A stretch of DNA of 46,345 nucleotides from a virus (Duplodnaviria > Heunggongvirae > Uroviricota > Caudoviricetes). Below are positions 26,290-33,628 of this stretch, piece after piece. Positions within the stretch are counted from its first letter, which is position 1; each line of letters starts with the position of its first letter. Position numbers and translations under genes: made by a program. The stretch lies in IMG/VR virus record IMGVR_UViG_3300031370_000003, one strand, 5' to 3'. Under the pieces are notes generated by a model that was not told the origin of the DNA, did not search any database, and saw nothing but the letters and a program-made list of their open reading frames with translations.

Positions 26290-26628
26290 ATGAATCTGAT
26301 GCAAGCTATCGCTAACTACCATCGCAGCACGTTCAATCCGGTTAAGCGCTCTATCTCCCGCGTGAATCTGGTGGACATAACTGCGAACGGCGTAGTCATC
26401 GGCGTGTTTCGTGAGAAGATTTTTGAGCATAAGTCGCTTGAGAGCGGCGAGTGCAAACGCTACAAAGTGGGCGAGCGCCTGTCCATTTCTGTTACGCGCA
26501 CTAATCGAAAGTACAGATTCGCAAATATTCAGCACTTCCCTAAAGACCAACTTGAGCGGGTGCTGGTTCTTGTTAACCAGATTGCCCAGATGGAGATTCA
26601 GCGAGCTACGATCGCCGTAGCAGTATAA
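26290..26628 (+). CDS. Hypothetical basic protein
   Basis: ORF between motif B and a terminator. Confidence 0.7.
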   Translation: MNLMQAIANYHRSTFNPVKRSISRVNLVDITANGVVIGVFREKIFEHKSLESGECKRYKVGERLSISVTRTNRKYRFANIQHFPKDQLERVLVLVNQIAQMEIQRATIAVAV

Positions 26629-26653
26629 TCATGTGCCTTTGACTAATTCAGTC

Positions 26654-26686
26654 AGCCCACCTCTAATCCTTGGTGGGCTTTTTTTT
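26654..26686 (+). terminator. Rho-independent terminator
   Basis: AGCCCACC...GGTGGGCT plus T-run. Confidence 0.7.
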
Positions 26687-26722
26687 GGTTCGTTCACCCC
26701 GCATCTCCCCTGACTCATTTTG

Positions 26723-26775
26723 TTTACTGCCTTTAATCACATGCGATAATAAGACGCATAAGAAAACAAATTGTT
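26723..26775 (+). promoter_or_regulatory. Promoter plus motif-B operator (26761-26775)
   Basis: TTTACT-16-GATAAT (TG extension); AGAAAACAAATTGTT. Confidence 0.65.
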
Positions 26776-26790
26776 TAAAAGGATATGCAC

Positions 26791-27129
26791 ATGAACGAAT
26801 CAATGTCTGATTTCCGCGAGATCACCAAAGAAGAGTACAACGATTATGAAGAGCTGGTGGATGGTAACTTTACTGTCATTGATGCGCGTTGGGTGGTGAG
26901 CATCGACATGCGCGATGATGAGCCAACCTTGGTCATTGCAGATTGGAGTAATGGCGATAGTGATGACGTTGGCTCGTTGTTCGATATGAGTCATGCTAGT
27001 GGTGAATATTACAAAACCCTTAAGCGTCGCTATTTCACTGGATGCCAAGCGACTGACGCAATCTGGACAACTTATCTCGACCTCGTTGCTCATCGTGATG
27101 TAGAAGCATTCCTCAAGTCATTCGACTAA
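26791..27129 (+). CDS. Hypothetical acidic protein
   Basis: RBS AAGGA; terminator at 27129-27148. Confidence 0.7.
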   Translation: MNESMSDFREITKEEYNDYEELVDGNFTVIDARWVVSIDMRDDEPTLVIADWSNGDSDDVGSLFDMSHASGEYYKTLKRRYFTGCQATDAIWTTYLDLVAHRDVEAFLKSFD

Positions 27130-27170
27130 GCCCCAGATGGGGCTTTTTGCATTGGTTAGCGCCCTTCTGC

Positions 27171-27199
27171 TTGTAAGTAGGTAACTACCTATCTAAAAT
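27171..27199 (+). promoter_or_regulatory. Promoter with motif-A operator (27174-27191) in the spacer
   Basis: TTGTAA-17-TAAAAT enclosing TAAGTAGGTAACTACCTA. Confidence 0.7.
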
Positions 27200-27229
27200 G
27201 TCCGCGACTAAACATGACATGGAGGTCAT

Positions 27230-27652
27230 ATGACATACAAGGCAACAGAACTGGTTTACGACATGTATTACGCCTCTGAGCGCACCGAAGACGGTGACAA
27301 GGTGGCAAAGATTACTGTCCAGATCCGTGATACGTCCGTAGGGCTTGAGAAGCAGATCAGTACCCTGGTTCGAACAACCCCGAAAGACAAAGCGCAACCT
27401 GCGGTGTACTCCATCGGTGCGCAGACTGTTATGGACGGCAGTGACCCACTGCTGGTGGCAATTGAAGGTCATTACCGTGCATCTGGTAAAGACCTGTTTG
27501 AGACCCTGATGGATGAGGTTACCGACTTCATTGAAACAGGCATCGACAACACTAGCACCTGGATCGGCGCATATGGCATGAAGATTACCTCCGGCGTAAC
27601 GCTGGATAATTATCTACCTGCTGATGTGCTGGCCGCGGGCCAGAATGCTTAA
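27230..27652 (+). CDS. Hypothetical protein
   Basis: RBS GGAGG; single-gene unit. Confidence 0.8.
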   Translation: MTYKATELVYDMYYASERTEDGDKVAKITVQIRDTSVGLEKQISTLVRTTPKDKAQPAVYSIGAQTVMDGSDPLLVAIEGHYRASGKDLFETLMDEVTDFIETGIDNTSTWIGAYGMKITSGVTLDNYLPADVLAAGQNA

Positions 27653-27695
27653 ACCACAATGGCGCGCTAAACCGCGCCATTTTCTTATGCCCGAT

Positions 27696-27710
27696 AACAA
27701 CTTGTTTTCT
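27696..27710 (-). promoter_or_regulatory. Motif-B operator, inverted
   Basis: AACAACTTGTTTTCT over the -35 region of the TG-C-GATAAT promoter. Confidence 0.6.
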
Positions 27711-27762
27711 GCCGCGTGTCACTTGCGATAATTAGTCCAACAACAAAACAAAAGAAAAGCAC

Positions 27763-28044
27763 ATGACCGAATTTAACGTTACACCCAAAGCAGAAGACGT
27801 CCACCTGCTTTGCTGGCTTGACCTGAACGAAGCCGAGCAGAACGAAATGGATCACGTCGAATATGACGACCAGGGCAGCACCCGCTTCTTCCACCACGAA
27901 GGCGTACTCTTCGATGTGGCCGACTTCATGATTGATGACCGTGCTCCTGAATGGCACGCCGGTTATCCACTCAATGCCTTCGCAATGCTGATGATCCGTC
28001 TCACTGAAGGTGGCGATAGCGTAGACATCGGCTTGATGCACTGA
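27763..28044 (+). CDS. Hypothetical acidic protein
   Basis: Start context AAAAGCACATG shared with other early genes. Confidence 0.75.
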   Translation: MTEFNVTPKAEDVHLLCWLDLNEAEQNEMDHVEYDDQGSTRFFHHEGVLFDVADFMIDDRAPEWHAGYPLNAFAMLMIRLTEGGDSVDIGLMH

Positions 28045-28053
28045 GAGGGCGCC

Positions 28054-28347
28054 ATGAAATTCCAACCAACGCCAGCAATCCAGAACCCGGAGACGGAAGC
28101 CTTCTGCCAGAAAATGGCAAAGGAGTATATCGCTCAGGTTCAGCCCCACCAGCGCGGGAGCACCATTTATGCCCAAGCATATGGGTTATGGAAGGCCAAA
28201 GTCGATGTGTGGATACAGCAGCGTTCCCTCGTGCGCTGGGAAGTCATTGCTATGCAAGATCGCATTCGTTCACTGATTGAATACCCTAAAGATATTTGTA
28301 CCCGAGACGATAACTTTGGTTGTTATTTCAAGGGGACAATGGAATGA
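28054..28347 (+). CDS. Hypothetical protein
   Basis: RBS GAGAGGG. Confidence 0.65.
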   Translation: MKFQPTPAIQNPETEAFCQKMAKEYIAQVQPHQRGSTIYAQAYGLWKAKVDVWIQQRSLVRWEVIAMQDRIRSLIEYPKDICTRDDNFGCYFKGTME

Positions 28348-29159
28348 AAATGATTAAACTCATCGGTATGGTAGCTATCGGTTTGCTGGCTGGATTACAA
28401 GCTAACGCGGCCTCCTTTGACTGTGCCAAAGCTTCAAGCCAGGTTGAGAATATTATCTGTAAAAACTACGAGATAAGTCGGCTTGATGATGTTCTATCTA
28501 CAAACTACAAGAGCCTATTGAAGGCACCGGTAGATGCGGATGTAGTTTCGAATGCGAAAATTGAGCAGAAGGCTTGGCTCCAGACAAGAAATGAATGTAG
28601 TAATGACGCATGTGTGCGAGATGAGTACATAGCTCGCAATGATGTTATTTGTGAGACGATGCTGAATAAATCAAAAGGCCCTTCAAACTGCATTTCTACA
28701 AGCTTGGCAATACAAGATATTAAAAAAGAAGAGTATGACAAATCACATGTGAAAACAGCTGCACAAGCCATACAAGACTCATACGAAAAACATAAAGAAG
28801 AAGTTAGCGACTTAGGCTTCTCAGAGGCTCAGCTTGCTTCAGGACTATACATCTCACGAGGTCCTGGGTCACCGTACTCAAACTACATCTCCTTAGCTAA
28901 TTACCTTGCTTTATTACACGATGTGGATGGATTCAAAAGCATATCGAAGGTGGATACAGGAAAATATTTTGGCTTCAGACTAAAAATATCAGGGCAGCCA
29001 TACACAGGATTTATCTTCCACGTTGAAGACGATGAAATGTATCTGAACGGTATGATTCAGGGGGATGACGTTTACGAGACAGGACCTGATATTCGCGTAA
29101 CTAATGCTTTTGTAGTGTATGCAGTGACCTCAATGAGTAATAACGGCGCAAATTTATAA
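28344..29159 (+). CDS. Secreted LprI-family (lysozyme-inhibitor-like) protein with a C-terminal extension
   Basis: Signal peptide; ASFDCAKA...IC...LDD...Y...QKAWL..RN.C...C. Confidence 0.8.
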   Translation: MKMIKLIGMVAIGLLAGLQANAASFDCAKASSQVENIICKNYEISRLDDVLSTNYKSLLKAPVDADVVSNAKIEQKAWLQTRNECSNDACVRDEYIARNDVICETMLNKSKGPSNCISTSLAIQDIKKEEYDKSHVKTAAQAIQDSYEKHKEEVSDLGFSEAQLASGLYISRGPGSPYSNYISLANYLALLHDVDGFKSISKVDTGKYFGFRLKISGQPYTGFIFHVEDDEMYLNGMIQGDDVYETGPDIRVTNAFVVYAVTSMSNNGANL

Positions 29160-29279
29160 ACTTTGTTTAGGGCGTCGGAAACGGCGCTTTTTTTGTTTGG
29201 GAGCCGTGGCCGTAGGGAAATGTTTGAAAACGGCCATAGCCCTCGAAGTGTAGCCGCAGGGAAACGGGTAGGGGAATTT

Positions 29280-29310
29280 TTCGGGAAACGGCCAGCTTTC
29301 GGTATAGGTA
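29280..29310 (+). repeat. Third copy of the bipartite repeat
   Basis: TTCGGGAAACGG-CCAGCTT-TCGGTATAG. Confidence 0.65.
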
Positions 29311-29734
29311 TTTAGGTACAGAGTAGGTTTGGGTTAAGGAGTGGGGTAGGGCGGTGGCCAGGGACACCCCAGAATCGACCTCAGCCATTTGCCGAGCATC
29401 CACCTGAATGGCTTTACGCCTTGACTGCTTTACCACTGAATCGCCAGCCAGCCAGCCAGACACGCCAGCCAGTAAGCGCACATTGTACCAGCGCCACGCG
29501 ATGCCAGCGCACAATGCCGCACCATACCGACACATAACAGCGCGCCCATATTGGCAACTTACACCAGACAACGATCACAATTTAAATATGGCGATTTAAA
29601 CGCGCTGTAAAGCGTTCTAAGCGCTTGAATCTATAGCGTGTGGTAACGCATTGCCCAACGTTAAAACGCGTCTCTGTGATCGTCTCATAGCGTCGAATTT
29701 GGGCTTGTCTCGTTTGCTACGATACAACGAAAAA

Positions 29735-30047
29735 AGCGCCCATAGTAGGCGCTGAAGTGGTGCGGATCTGGAAAGCAAAAAAGCGCCCATAGTGGGCGCT
29801 TAAAATTAGCAGTAAAGATCGCGTTTTAGTTTTCCGATTGTATCGACTAAAAACATATAACGTTTTTTTCTTTCCGTCATATAACCATTAACGGCATCGA
29901 AAAAATTTAAATTCATTGCGTCAACTTCCGCTTGTAGCTCTGCGCAAAGTTCCGCTTTAAATTTCAAATATGCTTTATTCTGGCGCTTTAAATATTCTTG
30001 CTTAGTCATTCTATTGTGTCCATTTAAAAGCGCCCATAGTGGGCGCT
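29735..30047 (-). repeat. Three copies of a 19-bp terminator-like hairpin
   Basis: AGCGCCCATAGT(G/A)GGCGCT at 29735, 29782 and 30029, each with an A-tract on its left. Confidence 0.75.
29806..30009 (-). CDS. Small hypothetical protein
   Basis: 67 aa, bracketed by hairpin repeats. Confidence 0.65.
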   Translation of the reverse strand: MTKQEYLKRQNKAYLKFKAELCAELQAEVDAMNLNFFDAVNGYMTERKKRYMFLVDTIGKLKRDLYC

Positions 30048-30055
30048 ATATTCCT

Positions 30056-30709
30056 TTATTGAGCTACTGCGAAAGCATCACGGATATAAGACACAAAATC
30101 ATTATCTAACAGTTTATATTGTTGTGATCCGTTTTTGGCTGCGCCAGCTCCTTTGATCTTCTCAATCAAGCCCAAACGTTCACACATAGCGATTAACTGA
30201 TTTGCTTGCGTATACGTTTGATCCGCTTGCTTCTCGTTTTCTTTCTTCGCTTCATCCATCAGCGTTTTAATTGCGCCATTGGTGAAAACTTCCATTTCAT
30301 CCTTGATAATTTCAACAATTGCAAAAACGCGTGAACCAGATTGATCCGCTAATGAGTATTCGCAACGTTTAGCGCGGATAGAATTAATCAAGTAGACCAG
30401 TTTTTCTAAGCTATAGCTATTTTCCATTGCTTCGCGGAAAAACTGCTCTGGCGTTTGCTTGCTTGCTTTAATCGCATAATAAAACACGCTATTTGCTTTA
30501 TCGTCAGTCAGTGGCTTGCAAACGTTGTTAGTGAAGTATGCAAGTTTAGTTTTAGCAGCTTGCATAGCTTTTTTATCTGCTTTCGTATCTTGTCCAGCGT
30601 TATAGCGAGTAGTGTAATTTTGTTCGACGCTTGCAACAGTTTCAGCTAATTCAGTTGCAACAGTGGTAGCAGCTTCAAGAACAGATTTTTTTGAGATGAT
30701 ATTAGACAT
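30056..30709 (-). CDS. Hypothetical protein with a putative C-terminal wHTH
   Basis: RBS AGGA; TQANQLIAMCERLGLIEK. Confidence 0.8.
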   Translation of the reverse strand: MSNIISKKSVLEAATTVATELAETVASVEQNYTTRYNAGQDTKADKKAMQAAKTKLAYFTNNVCKPLTDDKANSVFYYAIKASKQTPEQFFREAMENSYSLEKLVYLINSIRAKRCEYSLADQSGSRVFAIVEIIKDEMEVFTNGAIKTLMDEAKKENEKQADQTYTQANQLIAMCERLGLIEKIKGAGAAKNGSQQYKLLDNDFVSYIRDAFAVAQ

Positions 30710-31129
30710 AATTTTTAATCCTATATATTTGCGCAAAGCGCTGAAAGTTTTGTTTATCGTTAGCGTGTTTGCTTTCGATGTGTTGCATTATGGATGAGTT
30801 AAAAAACCGTGCAAGTCCTTTTTATGATTTCTTTTAAAAAAGATGAAAAAAGCAAAGTCCTAGAAATAAGAGTATAAGGAAGGAAGGTGTTCCCTCAATA
30901 AATCCCCTATTTCGGCTACTGCCCTTATATAAAATTGACCGGTTGACCATCGCTACCAATAAAATATTACACCAATAACCGTATTGACCTTATATATAAT
31001 TGATCGACTCAACAATTGACCACTCGACCGCTGCCGCATGGATAACCTTATAGCTTGCTGATATGATGCAACGGTGAATAACACACCTGCACTACAAAAC
31101 TTAAATTAGATTACCCTTATAGATTCGGG

Positions 31130-31558
31130 ATGAATATGAAAATTGCCTATTTCGCTGCAACAGCTGCTGCACTCCTTCTCTCCGCCTGCTCCAACCAACC
31201 AGTAGCGACCGGTGAAGCAAAAGAAGTACCGTCGAAGCAGATCATCGATCGCACCCTTACACAATCCTCAACTGGTACGGTGCTGACGGTCGTTAAACGC
31301 GATTCTGGAACTAAGGGAGCATTCTGCACCGCGACGGTTGCAGTTGATGGGAAAGATGTGGCCGAAGTGGGGATGTCTGAGAAGGTGAGCCTTTACCTTA
31401 CGCCCGGGGAACACATTATCGGCGCCAGACTTTCAAACGCATTTCCCTTTTGTGCCGGCGAGACAGCTGAGGTTACAGCAAACGTTAGCAAAGAGGCTGT
31501 TTACCGATTCGGTGTGAATGCCGGGGCAAACTTCTATATCAACAAAACTGCTTGGTAA
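31130..31558 (+). CDS. Lipoprotein (DUF2846-like)
   Basis: Lipobox LSAC; KRDSG...C...VDGK...L.PGEH. Confidence 0.7.
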   Translation: MNMKIAYFAATAAALLLSACSNQPVATGEAKEVPSKQIIDRTLTQSSTGTVLTVVKRDSGTKGAFCTATVAVDGKDVAEVGMSEKVSLYLTPGEHIIGARLSNAFPFCAGETAEVTANVSKEAVYRFGVNAGANFYINKTAW

Positions 31559-31561
31559 TAG

Positions 31562-31583
31562 TTGGCGCCCGTTAGGGCGCCAA
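31562..31583. terminator. Bidirectional terminator between convergent genes
   Basis: TTGGCGCCC-GTTA-GGGCGCCAA. Confidence 0.65.
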
Positions 31584-31594
31584 TAAACATGAAA

Positions 31595-32641
31595 TTAATA
31601 ACCTGACGATTTAAATTGCCTTGCTATAAAGTTGATCATTTCATTACCTTGAGATCCATTTCTGAATTTCATTTCACTTTCAAAATCTATGTTCGGTGTA
31701 AAGTGAATAATTTGATTGCCTTTATAAAGTTTTAGTGGCGAGTAAAATGATATTTCCTTGGTTTCAATCAACTCCCGGACGCCAGCAATTGCGCTTCCAA
31801 TTAAAATGTCACAAAGTTGAACGGATGGGTGCAACTTCGAATCGACTTGATTTACTTGTTTGACTTTTAACGGGTATTTAATGCCCGCAATTTCAGACAT
31901 TTTAAACTCAGCAGGGCTTTTGCAGTTGATTAGCATGGATAGATAATTGTTGTATTGCAAAAGATTGTCTGAACGATCATGTTTTATAGTATATGGTTCG
32001 TCTGCCATGAGTTCAGTGCGTGTAATTAATGCTTGGAGAATGACAAATGCAGCGTCGGTTGAAATGCTAGGGTTCACAATTGCATCTATACAATCAGGGT
32101 GTTCAAGCGCTAAGGGTCCGAAAAATTCTGGCAGTCGATTCCAGTTTATACTGTGGATACTAGAGATTAAGGTCTCGATTGAAGTGGGCGTTTTCTCAAA
32201 CATCGCATTCTGAAATGCCAAAAGTATGTTGTCAAAATCTCTACCGTAATACCCTTGACAGACATGGTAAGCCATAGAAGCCAGAGTGACATTGCCTCCA
32301 TTTTCATACAGATTTATATCATTGGCGTAGTAAAAGGGTTCAACAGCATACTCAATGAACATTTGGATAAGTAGAAAGCGCTTATCAGCAACACAAGTTA
32401 CGCTTTTAAAATTCTCTAAAATATCCTTTTGCAGCAGATAGAGAGGTTTTTGGTTAGTAACCCGCCTCTTGAGAGAGCTAAACTTCAATTCTGGGGCTTG
32501 CAGTTTAGGAAAATGTTGTTTAATTAGATACTGGGCATCATCATTGGTAATGTTTATAGCACTTGCGCCTTGCCAAGGCTGAGATTTTTGTAGAAGATCT
32601 CGTCCAGTGTACCCAGATTCATCAATTGAATATTCACTCAT
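31595..32641 (-). CDS. DUF3800-family (RNase H-like fold) protein
   Basis: N-terminal IDESG, C-terminal VQLCD; AT-rich. Confidence 0.7.
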   Translation of the reverse strand: MSEYSIDESGYTGRDLLQKSQPWQGASAINITNDDAQYLIKQHFPKLQAPELKFSSLKRRVTNQKPLYLLQKDILENFKSVTCVADKRFLLIQMFIEYAVEPFYYANDINLYENGGNVTLASMAYHVCQGYYGRDFDNILLAFQNAMFEKTPTSIETLISSIHSINWNRLPEFFGPLALEHPDCIDAIVNPSISTDAAFVILQALITRTELMADEPYTIKHDRSDNLLQYNNYLSMLINCKSPAEFKMSEIAGIKYPLKVKQVNQVDSKLHPSVQLCDILIGSAIAGVRELIETKEISFYSPLKLYKGNQIIHFTPNIDFESEMKFRNGSQGNEMINFIARQFKSSGY

Positions 32642-32693
32642 TTGCTTTAAATTCCTTTTGCGTAAGACATCGTAATGAATGTTGCTGATTTGT

Positions 32694-33218
32694 CTAAAAC
32701 GGAATGATGCGGTCAACCCAATCAAATAGCACCACCAGCTGCTTGCCGCCATCTTGCCTGACATTCAATTGGCCGGCATTGACACCTGCAGATCGCCCCT
32801 CAATTTCTCTACCATCTGCCATGTAGACACGGAGTAGCTTTTCGTTTTGGTGCGCCTTGCGGCAAATCTTGAAGAAGTCTCGCTTTGATGGCTGGTTCAC
32901 CAACTCATCTGCGTTTATGGTCAGCCTTCCCACATAATCAACCTGAACATCTGATGGATTGATGGTTTCAATTACGGCCACGCGCTCAAGAGGTACACGA
33001 ACCCGGTGTTCGTTGTCCGATGAGGTAGGGGTTAAGTCGAGTTTGTTACGTGCTGTTAGAAGCCCATATACGTACAGAGAGAAAACTTGGCCATCCTCCA
33101 GAGTTACCCTTACAGGAATCTGCTTGGCGCGGTAATACTGCAATGATCTCTCGACATCTTTGTAATCGCGAGGCCAGACCTCAGCGGGAATGCCATATGT
33201 AATGTCGGTGATAGTCAT
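32694..33218 (-). CDS. Hypothetical protein with two Sm/Hfq-like repeats
   Basis: VRVTLEDG...VPLERVAVIE and LRVYMADG...VLFDWVDRII. Confidence 0.65.
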   Translation of the reverse strand: MTITDITYGIPAEVWPRDYKDVERSLQYYRAKQIPVRVTLEDGQVFSLYVYGLLTARNKLDLTPTSSDNEHRVRVPLERVAVIETINPSDVQVDYVGRLTINADELVNQPSKRDFFKICRKAHQNEKLLRVYMADGREIEGRSAGVNAGQLNVRQDGGKQLVVLFDWVDRIIPF

Positions 33219-33319
33219 CTGGTGTCCGAATAAGTGTTTTGAGTAGGGTAACACGCAATTTAATTGAGGTGGGGGAGGTGCCGAGGTAGTGGGCTGGTCG
33301 AGACCAGCCCATTGTGAAG

Positions 33320-33625
33320 TTAAGGCTTCGGTTCTGGGGTGTTTGAGTGTTCCAAACCAGCGAGCAGAATATCCCGATCTTCTTCGGTCATGTCGGTGGT
33401 GTTGTACAGTTCAATAATCCTTTGTGCGGCTTTACTGGTGGCCATTGCCCTTTTCGAGTACCGCGCGAAGTCGGCCATATTTACTTCTGCGATGATCATG
33501 TCGATTACCTCAGACTTGGTCATCTTGACGCCAGATTCTTTGAGTTTATCTTTAAACGCTTCGACTTTGTCGTTAGCGCGAGGACTCAAAGCGACCTGGC
33601 AAAAAACAGGTTTTGGTTTTTCCAT
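33320..33625 (-). CDS. Putative ribbon-helix-helix DNA-binding protein
   Basis: VFCQVALSPRANDKVE...MTKSEVIDMII. Confidence 0.6.
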   Translation of the reverse strand: MEKPKPVFCQVALSPRANDKVEAFKDKLKESGVKMTKSEVIDMIIAEVNMADFARYSKRAMATSKAAQRIIELYNTTDMTEEDRDILLAGLEHSNTPEPKP

Positions 33626-33628
33626 GTA

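Noticed and set aside
31130-31558. Cor superinfection-exclusion lipoprotein
   Set aside because: Longer than Cor and lacks its pattern; fits a DUF2846-like lipoprotein better
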